From NCBI RefSeq assembly GCF_009914755.1, contig NC_060931.1: a stretch of DNA of 64,000 bases, one strand, 5' to 3'. Position numbers and translations under genes: made by a program. Origin of the DNA: the human T2T-CHM13v2.0 reference genome, Homo sapiens. This document shows, one piece after another, positions 40,209 through 54,137 of the stretch. Under the pieces are notes generated by a model. That model made no database searches. It saw only the letters and a program-made list of their open reading frames with translations, and was not told the DNA's origin. How positions within the stretch are numbered: position 1 is the stretch's first letter; every line of letters begins with the position of its first letter.

Positions 40209-43007
40209 GCACTTCGTTATTTTATTATCTCCAAATCCAAAAGAAGTGGCAGTCATTACTTCAAAGCCCACTCCTGAAGGAAAAGGCCCACTGACACCAG
40301 TGCTGGTGATGCAATCCACCTATGTTAGCATTGGACCCCGAGCTGTGCCTGAACCTCGGTGCCTGCATTCTTTACTCAACAGGCATCTGTTGAAACTCTG
40401 TCATGTTGGCCACTGTTACAATCTTGTGCACAGGACCTGACCCCTAAGGTCTCCAGAGCTTTGGGGCATTTTATCAGAGGTTCCTGCCACATTTGTGTCC
40501 AGCACAACAGTGAGTAAAGAACTGGGAACATGTTCTCCCTCCCAATTCCTCCCGTTTTCCTTCCCAAGGCAGGCAGGACACATTGTCTCACGGCGAGCTG
40601 GCCTTACCCTGAACTCAGAGCATCAGCACCCCAAAGCTGCAGTGAGGAGGAAGAGACTGCCCACCCGCGAAAAGGCCCCTCAGTCTTCAGCCAACACCAC
40701 AGGCACAGCTTCAGCCCTCTGACTCTTGCTGACCACGGGTTACCTTGGATCTTCTCTCCTTTGAGGGCAACTGAGCCACATTTGGCTCCTTTCAGAACAT
40801 AGAATCTTGGCTTTGTCTTTTCCTGGGCTTGGGGTACCTGGGACTCCAGCTTCAGGCACAGGGTCCAGCACACATTCCTTCTTCTTCACCAAAAGCCAAT
40901 GAGATCAGCATAGTTGCAAAGCTGCCTTATGTTTTTAATGAGAAGAGTTATTTACAAAAAGAGATGGCTTGACAAATATCGTGCATAAGCAATCCCACCA
41001 GTGCGCATTGCCCCTGAGTTCCCTTCCCTCTGAGACCCAAGCTGTCATGGCTGTGAGCCATGCAGATGAGGTCCTCCTTGTCATCCTAGTGGGCTTCCCA
41101 GAAGATACTCCCCATCATCCGAGTGGGCTTCCCAGAAGATAATCCCAGTGACTGAGTGGTTCCTGCCTCCCTTCTCCGGCCACATTTGTGAAATATGTAA
41201 GCAGCATGTCTTCCATGGAAGCGGGGATGAAGTGACGGCTCGGAGTCAGTTTCCTCCGCGTCCCTGTTGATGAGACGTGGCAGTTGCATGAGGGGCAGGT
41301 CACAGGCGGTTGTGGCTTACAGACGCCCTGGGTTCCAACAGGGCCTGACAGAGATGTCCAATTCCAGGGATCACCTTCCCATTCTTGATCGGACCCATAA
41401 CATCTTAGAAAGCACAATATACTCAGTTCTGCCCATGTCATCCTCTGCTCAAGTATCTGAGTTCAAGGTCATTTCTGGACTGAGGATTCCCGTACCCCAT
41501 TAGACGTGTGTGGCTCAGATCTTCAGTCCAGGCTTTGGAATCGAGGGCCAGCCGCACCCCTTGTTGGTCCCATTCTGGCTGGTGGTCCCCTGGTGCACCT
41601 GTCATGTCCTGCACAGCTCTCAGGCCTTTGGTTGAAAAGCTGACTGGAATCACACTTGAAAAAAGAGCTCAGCCTGTGGATATTAGTGACACCCACCCTG
41701 GTAGGAAATGAACATGTAAGGCTGAGTTTGTTTCTTGGAGTTTTCCTATTTATTTTAAAGTTGGGGTGACAAGCACTGGGTTTTTGAACACTGAGCGGAG
41801 GGCAACGTTTCATTATTTATGCAAAGTGCATCGACAAAGCGACATTGAAAGTTTTTGCCATATTTTCCTCTTTGTAGTTTCTCCAAGTGAGATATGTCAA
41901 GAAGCAGCTTTCCTGTGATGTGCCTCAGAAATAAATGGAAAGAAAGAAACGCAGCAGATGGCTTGGATTAAATCTGAACAGTGATAAGTTCTGCTTTTAG
42001 GACAGCTGGGTAATGTACTCTTTGCTCAAAAACATGTTTGATTTGAAACACAAAAACAATCTTATGGTTTCCATGAAAATGAAAGAAAAATGAAACTGAA
42101 TCGTGGAGTAAATTGCTAGTTTTCTCCGCAGCATGTTCTGGGCTGCTTTGGGAGCCATATGCTCTGTTTGATGTAAATGAGATGGAACTGAAATTAAAAA
42201 GTTTTACATTTAAAAGTAGTGACCAAACCTATTCATCAATGCCTTTGGGCATTCTAATAAAGAATTTTTATTAGCCCTAAGGTTTGGGGTTAAAAAAATA
42301 AAGTTTGTCTTAACCCTGAACAACTTGGGCCCACCTTCATTTTCAGATCTGTGAAATATTCAAGCAACAGATGCTGAAGCTAGAGACCAAGTTACTGATG
42401 AGGGAGGTAGTTTGGTTCTTGGCAATCAAGTTCTGCATTAATAATCGAGCCTCATCACAGAAATACTTCAAATCCACTTTTCACAGAATATCTACTGAAA
42501 AGTATCACTAAAACGCAATTTTGCTAGAATCCATTAATTTTACGAGCTGACTGAATCTTCCTCAGAGATCAAAAACTGCAAAGGAGCTAGACTACAAGGA
42601 ACTGAATTTCAGTCAACCTTTTAAGAAATGCAGATCAGAATGCAAATCCTAGGTAGGTTCTTAAACAGCAAAAGACAGCATCCACGTCTCTGCAAAAGGC
42701 TTGAACTCTTTGGCCAGCTTGGTTGGGGAGAGCTGGAATGGCAGGTTGAGAAGTACCAACAAACCCCATCAATGGCAGCTTCCAACACCATCTGATTTTC
42801 TGAATTTCAAATCTGGACACGGAATTGAGCCGGAAAACTCTGAATGCTGCCAGATTCTCATTTCAGATGCACACACATACTCTTACATGTCTCAAAGAAA
42901 GTAAAATAAAAGGAAGATAGAAAGAAGGAAAAAGAAGAAAAAGAAACCCTGTAGTCCACATGAAAGAGCAAATGCCATCTGAAGGCCTCAGCAGCTACAC
43001 GGGATGT

Positions 43008-43229
43008 CATACCTGGGCTGACGCTGCCGGCTTCTGGGGCCACCCTTCGGACGTGGTCTCAGTCACACCCAGGCTGACGCTGCCGGCTTCTGGGGCCACC
43101 ATTCGGATGTGGTCTCAGTCACACCCAGGCTGACACTGCCGGCTTCTGGGGCCACCATTGGGATGTGGTCTCCGTCACACCTGGGCTGACACTGCCGGCT
43201 TCTGGGGCCACCATTCGGACATGGTCTCA
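43008..43229. repeat. 56-bp VNTR, ~4 copies
   Basis: gctgacgctgccggcttctggggccaccattcggacgtggtctcagtcacacccag. Confidence 0.95.
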
Positions 43230-43815
43230 ATAATCTTCCCGAGCTCGGCCAGCTCACCGGAGCTCAAGCTTACAAGTAGTTGGTGTGTAATTTGCATGGT
43301 CAGTAGAGACAAAGAAAGGCTTCAAAGCCACTGCACACTCCTGCTGCTCTCCAGATATAAAGCGAGGAGAGGGTGACGATAGCCAATCAGGGCCCACGCC
43401 AGTTTCCCAGATAGGAACCATGGCCGATAAACCCGAGACCACAGGTGTTCCATCCCTGCTACTCAGCCCAAAGCAACAAGGAAGCCTGAGGTGACACCAC
43501 AAAATGCAAATTTATCTCCAACGCTGTCACTTGTTAAGATAGCAAAGAAATGAGCCTTGATCCGTGAATAAACTGTATACATCAACTCATCTGGGAAACA
43601 AGCAAGAAACCCAAGAGAAACCACGGGGGAGAAACCGGGATCCATGTTCTATCCCCTGCTGCTGGGCCAGACCTGAGCAGCACGGCAGTGAAGGAAGTGG
43701 ATCTGGGGGGCTTCCCTCCACCCACAGTAACCTTCCTTTGCTGAGTGATGCAAGCCTGACCTTTCCGGGGAGCACCCATGACCTCGTGGGGACACGGTGA
43801 ACCCTAGGGACATGA

Positions 43816-44221
<406 letters not shown>

Positions 44222-44299
44222 TAGATGAGGAAAGAGAAACTGGGACATTACAGTCCCTTTACGGCCAACACTGGAATGGAATCCTGAAAACTGCTTTGC

Positions 44300-44460
44300 A
44301 CGGAGTTCTGCTGTGCTCTGTAGTTTGCATGTATCATTTCCTTTAATCCTCACAACTCCCCTCTAAGGTGGTAATTACCTTATTTTCACTTTTTTAGACG
44401 AGAAAGATTAATTCGGAAGAGGCTAAACAGCTCCAAGGTCTCCGAGCAGAGAGGCAGCCG
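44300..44460 (-). mobile_element. MIR fragment
   Basis: catgtatcatttcctttaatcctcacaactcccctctaaggtggtaatt, the MIR core. Confidence 0.7.
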
Positions 44461-45126
44461 TCGGATTCCGGCACCTGCTGGACCACCCTCCAGGCGCCCA
44501 GTGATTTCTCCAGGGTGGACACAGGCTTACGTGTGGCGCAGGAGTGCTCTGTGACGTACACAAGGCGCATCCCACAGGTGGATGCAGAGAGGCCAGAGAG
44601 GGGAGGCACCTGGCACCATCCCGTTCTGTTTTCGGTGCGGCCCGTTCTTCGGGCTTTATTAAGCAACTGCCCACGTGGAAGAAAAGCAATAATGAAGCAA
44701 GGCGTCGTATCGATTCCTCCAGCTGTAATGGAATTCCGTCAAGGAGCAAAGCGAGGCGTTTTCAGAAACTCTGCCTGTTAACGTTTATTGCTCCCAAAGT
44801 CTGATTATAACACACTAGCTCCGGGGGCCGAGTGAACATCACTTCACACAAAAACAGGGACAACGTCTGTGACCACCGGAGATGAATATTAGTGAAAGAA
44901 CTGACTCTCCCGATTCCTCTATTAACCTGTCTCTGGCTACATTCAAACAAATCATATGTGTGTACGGAACAGGCTCATACACACATGCCAGCACGCGTAA
45001 TGCCCAGTGGTCAGAAAATGCTCTTCAAACCGGGGACTGAGACGCCCGCAGAGCGCGGCCCTGAGAGCCCTGAGAGCAGAGTCAAGCACGATGCTGCTGC
45101 CTGGCCCCAGTGGCCATGCATGTGCC

Positions 45127-45353
45127 GCACCCTCGAGAACATCTGGGGACCTCGGGGCCCACAGGCATTAACCATCAGCTTAATCTCCCACGCCAGGTGT
45201 GCTCAGCACCCTCGAGAAGGTCCGGGGACCTCGGGGCCCAGGGGCATTAACCATCAGCTTAATCTCCCACGCCAGGTGTGCTCAGCACCCTCAAGAAGGT
45301 CCGGGGATCTCGGGGCCCACAGGCATTAACCATCAGCCTAATCTCCCATGCCA
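45127..45353. repeat. 79-bp tandem repeat x3
   Basis: ggggacctcggggcccacaggcattaaccatcagcttaatctcccacgccag x3. Confidence 0.95.
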
Positions 45354-45552
45354 GCTCACCAGGTCTGGGGCCCGGGTGTTTCGGAGAAGGCATTCTGTAG
45401 TTATAACTACCATCCACCATCAGGTGACTGTCGGTAAAGGAGGGGACCCTCCTTCATGTGGCCATCACTTGAGGCCTTAAGACAAAAACAATCATGTTCA
45501 TTGCTGCTAAGAACCCAAAACAATAGGCTGAAAGTCCTGCTGATGCACTGCC

Positions 45553-47287
45553 AGGAAAGACGCAGAGTACGAGACCAGTCTAGCTGAGGCCTGCGCACCG
45601 CCGGGAAAGACCCAGAGTCCGAGACCACCCTAGCTGAGGCCTGCGCACCGCCGGGAAAGACGCGGTGTCCGAGTCCAGCCTAGCTGAGGCCTGCGCACCG
45701 CCGGGAAAGACGCGGGGTCCAAGTGCAGCCTAGCTGAGGCCTGCGCACCGCCGGGAAAGACGCGGGGTCCGAGACCAGCCTAGCTGAGGCCTGCGCACCG
45801 CCGGGAAAGACGCGGGGTCCGAGACCAGCCTAGCTGAGGCCTGCGCACCGCCGGGAAAGACCCAGAGTCCGAGTCCAGCCTAGCTGGGGCCTGCGCACCG
45901 CCGGGAAAGACGCGGGGTCCAAGTGCAGCCTAGCTGAGGCCTGCGCACCGCCGGGAAAGACGCGGGGTCCGAGTCCAGCCTAGCTGAGGCCTGCACAGCG
46001 CCGGGAAAGACGCAGAGTCAGTCCAGCCTAGCTGGGGCCTGCGCACCGCCGGGAAAGACGCAGAGTCCGAGTCCAGCCTAGCTGGGGCCTGCGCACCGCC
46101 GGGAAAGACGCAGAGTCCGAGACCAGCCTAGCTGAGGCCTGCGCACCGCCGGGGAAGACGCAGAGTCCGAGACCACCCTAGCTGAGGCCTGCGCACCGCC
46201 GGGGAAGACGCGGTGTCCGAGACCAGCCTAGCTGAGGCCTGCGCACCGCCGGGAAAGACGCGGGGTCCGAGACCAGCCTAGCTGAGGCCTGCGCACTGCC
46301 GGGAAAGACGCGGGGTCCGAGACCAGCCTAGCTGGGGCCTGCGCACCGCCGGGAAAGACGCAGAGTCCGAGTCCAGCCTAGCTGAGGCCTGCGCACCGCC
46401 GGGAAAGACGCAGAGTCAGTCCAGCCTAGCTGGGGCCTGCGCACCGCCGGGAAAGACGCGGGGTCCGAGACCAGCCTAGCTGAGGCCTGCGCACCGCCGG
46501 GGAAGACGCAGAGTCCGAGACCACCCTAGCTGAGGCCTGCGCACCGCCGGGAAAGACGCGGTGTCCGAGACCAGCCTAGCTGAGGCCTGCGCACCGCCGG
46601 GAAAGACGCGGGGTCCGAGACCAGCCTAGCTGAGGCCTGCGCACCGCCGGGAAAGACGCGGGGTCCGAGACCAGCCTAGCTGAGGCCTGCGCACCGCCGG
46701 GAAAGACGCGGGGTCCGAGTCCAGCCTCGCTGAGGCCTGCGCACCGCCGGGAAAGACCCAGAGTCCGAGTCCCGCCTAGCTGAGGCCTGCGCACCGCCGG
46801 GAAAGACGCGGGGTCCGAGACCAGCCTAGCTGAGGCCTGCGCACCGCCGGGAAAGACGCGGGGTCCGAGACCAGCCTAGCTGGGGCCTGCGCACCGCCGG
46901 GAAAGACGCAGAGTCCGAGTCCAGCCTAGCTGAGGCCTGCGCACCGCCGGGAAAGACGCAGAGTCAGTCCAGCCTAGCTGGGGCCTGCGCACCGCCGGGA
47001 AAGACGCGGGGTCCGAGACCAGCCTAGCTGAGGCCTGCGCACCGCCGGGAAAGACCCAGAGTCCGAGTCCAGCCTAGCTGAGGCCTGCGCACCGCCGGGA
47101 AAGACGCGGGGTCCGAGACCAGCCTAGCTGAGGCCTGCGCACCGCCGGGAAAGACGCGGGGTCCGAGACCAGCCTAGCTGAGGCCTGCGCACCGCCGGGA
47201 AAGACGCGGGGTCCGAGACCAGCCTAGCTGAGGCCTGCGCACCGCCGGGAAAGACGCAGAGTCCGAGACCAGCCTAGCTGAGTCCTG
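45553..47287. repeat. 50-bp CpG-rich VNTR, ~34 copies (CpG-island-like)
   Basis: Unit tagctgaggcctgcgcaccgccgggaaagacgcggggtccgagaccagcc, 5-6 CpG per unit. Confidence 0.98.
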
Positions 47288-49095
47288 CATACCTAACTCC
47301 GCCGAGGACTTACATTCTGATTTCAGGGGTTCTCTTAGCCTGTCACCAAGTGTTTAAAGAAGGTTATGATGAAACCAACAAGCCAATCCGAGTGTCTTTA
47401 AACTGGGGCCACGAATGAAATTCACTCCTGTAAGAGGGCAGGGGAGCTGGGGCACTCTCTCATCCCAAAATGGAAAAACATTCATTTTTAACAGTAATAA
47501 AACATGAGGTGGTGAAGGCACAGCGGCGTCGGACGTGACTCGCAGCGCATCCAAGACAAGGGGCCTGTTCTTGGTGGCTCAGAAGACGAGGGCAGCAGCA
47601 AGACCCTCGGGGGAACCCTTAGGGAAGTCACCGGGTTGTCCTTTTAAACGATGTGTGCCACCGCACAGAAACTGCAAAGGAGAAAACTAAAATTATTTGT
47701 AACCCACCGATCTGAGGAAACGGCTGCTGGCATTGGCTGTTTCTCTCCATGGTTGAGATCGCAGTATTGGGACACTTTTACAGCTGCCTTTGTCATTTAA
47801 CACTATTCCACCGGAATTTTCTTATGTTCTTAAGAAACTCCTAAGAAGTATAATTTTAGTACCTGCAAGGTATCTGTCACAGAGTCACCATTACTCGACC
47901 AGGCCTCTGTTTCACACAGTCGGGTCGTTTTTAGTCAGTGATCCAAGGGGGCCGGGCGGTGAACCAAGTCTAACGGAGGCAGTCACAGTTCAGTGACAGA
48001 GTTCCTTCCTGGTTCTGATGGGGAAGTTCAGTCACCGTGTCTGTATGTTACTTACTCGCTTCTTTCAGGGTCTTTTCCAATAAAGACAGCTATTTTTCAT
48101 GGCAATGGAAATTATAAAAGCAGCTACCCTCATGCAGATCGTCCTGGGGGCATCCCAGCTGCACCCTGGTGCCGGGACAGCCTTACTGCAAGAAAAACAG
48201 GGTGTGGGAGGATTTACGAGTTCCAGCTGAGCCAGCTACATCAACCTGTGGGCACGTGGCGGGTTGGTGGCCAAGCCTGAACTGAGACCAAGGCTTTGGA
48301 CTCCTAGCACTGGCTGTCTCGCTTGCTAAACCGTAATAGTCTCATCTAACTGCTCTGTACTAAGAACATGCTTCCGGATCCAACCGATGTGTTTCGGAGG
48401 TGCCCTACCCATTCAGGGGCAGGGTGGGGCTGTCACCCAGTCGAGAGGCTTTCCTGAAGCCGAGAGCACTGGGAGGCAGCATCTGAGACCTCTCTCCACA
48501 GCAGGAGCTCCCCCACATCTCCAGGGAAGAACACGTTCCAGCAGATCCACAGCCGGCACAAAGGAAACCTTAGGAAGGTGGTGCTAGGCTCTCCACGCTG
48601 GTCCTTAGCAGCTGTTCCTCCTGCAGCTCAGAGCTCAGCATCCCTTCTCCAGGACCTTCCCGCCATCAGGCACTCTCTGCACCACCCAGCTCCACCACCA
48701 TCTCTGCCTCCTTCCCACGGACCGTCAGCCCAATGCTGGGTCCCCACTGCAGCTTCCACAAACCCTTAGACCCGCTGGTGATGTGCTAGCTCCCTCATTC
48801 CCGGCCTGGGAGAGCCTGGCCTGGTCCCACCTCCCTCCTGCCACCCTCCGCTCAAGCACATGGCCATCCCAACAGCAGAGCCCTGTCTGAGAGGAAAGAA
48901 CTCAGCTCCAGACCGCCAGCAGGCAAACATATGGAAAGATGGGCTCAACTCAGTTTCTGGTTTTTCACTAATTCATGGCTTTTTTATTAAATGCAATCTG
49001 AATACAGATGGATGCAGGAGTGGGTTTCCATAACAGGCCATGGATGGTGAGCTAATGGCCTGAAATGTCAAGTCCAAATCTCCAAACAAAAGTGA

Positions 49096-49453
<358 letters not shown>

Positions 49454-49948
49454 GGGACATGAAGTTTTCTTAAACAACAATGCTTTGTAAGGATCCCAAG
49501 CAGCAGAAGAATCCAACTGAATTGAAAGTGGGCTAAAGAGTGCACAAACTCAGCATGGGATGAGGTGAGGGAGAGCAGCCTGCTGGCGCTCACAGGCTGA
49601 GGGGCCTGTAGACCCGGAAGTCGGTACCACTTGTGGGAAGTCTCTGGTGAAGATGAAAACCGCCCCAGGCACATTCACAGAAATGCTCTGGGGTTTGTGG
49701 ACCCTGGGCATGTTCCCAGAAGCGCTCTGTGGTTTGCGGGGCCTCGCACGGCTCAGCGCGGCACCCCCTCCCTGTGGATTCCCGCTCTGAGAGTCAAGAT
49801 CACTGCATGGGAGTGCATTGCTTCTTGTCCTAATTGACAGGGAACATTTGGTGGTGTCTCCACCACAAGAGACGCAGCATGGCTGCGGGACCAGTGAAGC
49901 CATAAAGCCCACTCGGTGCCTTGTGGGGCCGACACCGTGTCACTGCAG

Positions 49949-50105
49949 GAAGCCGCAGCCCGGCCTGGATTTCCAGGAAGCAAGGCCAGCTCAGCACAGA
50001 CACAACTCCCATGACAGCTTGAACCCAGCTCACCCCCGCTATGAGAGAAACACCGGGTGACTGACCTGGAGTGAAAACAGCAGTGAGGAAGGGGGAAGAG
50101 CCCCC
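49949..50105 (+). repeat. Dispersed direct repeat, copy A (partner 51979-52160)
   Basis: Shared ggatttccagga(a)gcaaggccagctcag and gtgactgacctggagtgaaaacag...gaggaagggggaagag. Confidence 0.9.
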
Positions 50106-50421
50106 CACACTCTCAGAATGGTCTCTGGACGGAGACCCCCAGGCAGTGGCCATCTGACCCTGGCTGTGTCTGACCGTGGAACCAAAGCAGACATGTTTGA
50201 GCAGAACCAGAGCAGACATGTTTGACTCCAGTCAGCCCTTGAGGGAGCTGGCTAACGAGGACCACCCAAGACCCCAGAACATGACAAATGCAAAGAGCTT
50301 GGACTGAGGAAAGCAAGTTCAAATTCTTCACTGTGTGATTCCAAGCAAATCAGAACCAAATTCTTATCTGAATGTTTTCAGTGACAGATCAAAGAAAAGA
50401 TCCCAGCCAGCGTGAGCCCCA

Positions 50422-51097
50422 GGCACACACTGCCTCACAGCGGGCTCACACTGGGCACACACTGGCTTACACTGGGTATACACTGGGCTCACACTGGCTC
50501 ACACTGGGCTCACTCCGGGCTCAACACTGGCTCAAACTGGGCACACACCAGGCTTACACTGGGCACATACTGGCCACACACTTGCTCACACTGGCTTGCA
50601 CTGGGCTTAGACCAGGCACACACCAGGCACACTGGCTCACCTCGAGCACACAATGGCTCACACTGGGCACACTGGCTCACACCAGGCACACACTGCCTCA
50701 CACGACACACACTGGCTCACACTGGACACACACTGGGCACATACTGGGCACACACTGGCTTGCACTGGGCTCACACCAGACACACAGCAGGCACACTGGC
50801 TCACATCGAGCACACACTGGCTCACACTGGGCACATACTGGCCACATACTGGCTCACACTGGCTCACACTGGCCACACACTGGCTCGCACTGGGCACACA
50901 CCAGGACACACTGGCTCACATCGAGCACACACTGGCTCACACTGGGCACATACTGGCCACACACTGGCTCACACTGGGCACATACTGGCTCACACTGGCT
51001 CACACTGGCCACACACTGGCTCACAATGGCTCACACTGGGCACACACCAGGACACACTGGCTCACACCGGGCACACACTGGGCACACACTGGCTTAC
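50422..51097. repeat. Degenerate (CACACTGGCT/CACACTGGG)n array
   Basis: Read directly from the sequence. Confidence 0.95.
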
Positions 51098-51978
51098 AGC
51101 CACCCACCCGAGGGACAGGCTGGTGCCAGGGGAAGCTGTGTCTGAGTGCTCCATCATGTTATCCGGGACCTGCTCGTCCCTCTCTCTGACCTGCCTGCTG
51201 GACACCAACACCAGCCCTCAAGTGCCAGCAGTGACAAGCCCACCTGAGCAGAAATGCAGATTCTCGTCCAGCATCCTCAGAGTCCAATCCACTCTAACAG
51301 GATCCCCTTTGGTCACATGACCCCTCCTGAGCCAATCACTGCAGCCAGGACCACGGAACATTCTGGCTGACTCACGGGATGCCTTGTCCAGGGCGGGGAG
51401 GACTCAGAGTTCTCGCTGGACCTTTAATGACGTGTGAGGGAGAAGAGAAACACGACACGGTCAGGGAGACGTCACAGGTTTTCCCCAGATCCTCAGGGGA
51501 ACCACACACAGTGACTCATGAGGAGCGGCGGGGCCTTGAGCCAGGGCGAAAGCACCGGGCGCTCCAGGATCCCAGGCTCCTTCCCTGAACAAGCATCCAA
51601 ACCTCTCAAGCTAGGGCTGACTACAAACGACAAAGTCCTGTAACACAGAGCTCAGATAGCGGATTTCAAACGTTTTGTTCATGAAAATGTAACCTCTGTG
51701 TCGTCTTGGAACAGTGTTCAGGAGGGGGAGGGTGCAAGCTCTGGCCCAGGCCCCACCTCTACCAGGGAAGGCAAACATCACTTAAACGCCTGCAGCCTCC
51801 TGCGAAGGTTTTCTGAGACTATCAGTAAAGATAATATGTTTTCAAGCTCCTGGAATATGTTTAAAGTATTATGCAAACAAACAACAGCTATTAGAAATAT
51901 CACTTTACAAACTTTTTGTTGAGATACTATGCATTCCAAAGCGTTCACCAGTGAGAAGTACACAGCTTGGTGCTGCCT

Positions 51979-52160
51979 GAAGACGCAGCCTGGCCCGGGA
52001 TTTCCAGGAGCAAGGCCAGCTCAGAACAGATGCAACCCCCATAAAACAGAGCTTAAGACAACCTCACCCTCACTAGAATGGCTTACACTCCTGCTACAAA
52101 AGAAACACCTGGTGACTGACCTGGAGTGAAAACAGGAACGAGGAAGGGGGAAGAGGCCCC
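51979..52160 (+). repeat. Dispersed direct repeat, copy B
   Basis: See copy A; carries a ~25-nt extra segment. Confidence 0.9.
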
Positions 52161-52199
52161 GCGCCCTGACAAATGTTTACAGAACAAACACTCCCACCC

Positions 52200-54137
52200 A
52201 GACATAGATTCATAACCCACAAGCCCCGCCCCCATCCTCTCAGTCACCATCATTCTAAATTCCAGGCTGAACGTCAGCTTTGCCTGTTTGAACTGTAGGT
52301 CCGTGGAATCACACTCTCTGCTCTCCTGAATCCGGCTTCTTTGCGCAATATCCCATTTGTGAGAGTCACCTGTGTGGCTCTGTACAACAGTAGCTGGTGG
52401 TTTTTTATTGCTCTGTAGTATTTAATTGCATGGAACATCCCACAGTTATTTCTACATTCCCCTGTGCATAGACGTGTAAGTTATTTCAGTTGTAAGCTGT
52501 TATAAATCAAGCTGCTGGGAACATTCTTAGGCCTTTTTGTATATTTAAGGATGCATTTCTATTGGGTATGTACTCATAGGAGTGGGATTACTAGACCATA
52601 AAAGACAGATATATTCAGCTTCCACAGATACGAACCAAGCTGCTAGGCACATTCTTGTACATGTCCTTTGCATACCTCAGTCTGCATTTCTGTTGGGAAT
52701 ACATGTATCTAGGAGTGCTATTATTTGATCACAGGGTAAAAAAAATACATAGCTACATTTGTCACTTTATTCTGAAGTTTACAGGCAAAAGCTGCTGATG
52801 ATACGGATTGATAGCGATGTCCACTTTTCATTCCTGGCACTGGTAAGTTGGTCCTTCCTTCTGTTTTTCTTGATCAGCCTTGCCAGAAGTGTATATTCAC
52901 ATCTTTTAAAGAAGCAATGATTGGTTTTGTTCATTCTCTCTACCGTACATTTGTTTTCTATTACATTATTTTTCTTTTTATTATATTCTTATATTTCTTT
53001 AACTTCAATTTTCTGTTCTTTTTCTACACTCTTTAGACATATGTCATTTTCACCTTTTCTTCTTTTCTAATAAAAGCATCTAAGGTTATAATTTATTTCT
53101 AACCATAGCTTTAACTTGATCCCAAAATTCCCAAAATTGTTTAATATTGTATTTTTATTATAGTTCAGTTCACAATATTTTCAGATTTCTATTGACATTT
53201 CTTCTTTGACAAATGGGGTATTTAGAAGAGTACTGCTTAATTTCCAAACATTTAGATTTTCTAGGGATTTTTTTTTCCATTTGTTTTTAGCTTAATTTCT
53301 TTGGCCAAAGAAATACTCCGAATGATTTCAATCTTTAGCAATATGTTAAGATTTGTTTATCTGATCAAAACATTTCCGTCTAATAGATGGTCATTTTCAA
53401 TATGTATGCTGTGTGCACTGGAAAAGAACACAGGTTCTATTTTGATAGTTGCAGTGTGTCCATTAGATCAAGGCCATTAATCCCGTTCTTCAGACCTGCT
53501 TCAGCATGTCTCTCTAAATACATGACAGGACACACACACCAATAATAAAAACAAACATGCATAAAAATGTGCATTATTCTCTCCGGTAATTATCTCAATA
53601 TTTGCTTTATACATTTGAAAATTATATCAGGTGCATCAAATTTATAATTACTGTGTGTTCCTGATAGACCAACCCTTATATTTATTATGGCCCTTTTTAT
53701 CTCGGAAAATGCTTCCTGCCTTAACATCTACTTTGTATATTAGTTTAGATATACCAGCTTTCTTTAGGGTAGTGTTTTCATTGTATTCTCTTCCAGCGTT
53801 TCAAACTTTTATATCTCAACATTGAAGGTGGTCCCTTGCAAGCAGTGTGGTTTTGTTTTTTAGTGACAATCTTTAATTTTTGAGTGGAATATTTATCTCA
53901 TTTATTTACAATGAAATTACTAATATATTGGGATTTATATCGACTATCTTACCTTGTTTTTTTATTTGTCTCATCTGTTTTATTTTTCCTTTTATCCTTT
54001 ATTGCTTTCTTCTGGATGGAGTATTTTTATTATTATTTTGATTCCCTTTCTTAGCTTGTTAGCTATACTTTTTGTGGCTATTCTAGAAATAATAACACGG
54101 GTCCTTGATTTATCATGGTGCAACACACATCACATCC
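52200..54137 (-). mobile_element. Old antisense L1 (L1ME-type) fragments
   Basis: T-rich L1 3'UTR/ORF2-like text (gcttaatttccaaacattt, ctgggaacattctt..gcatttctattgggta). Confidence 0.75.
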
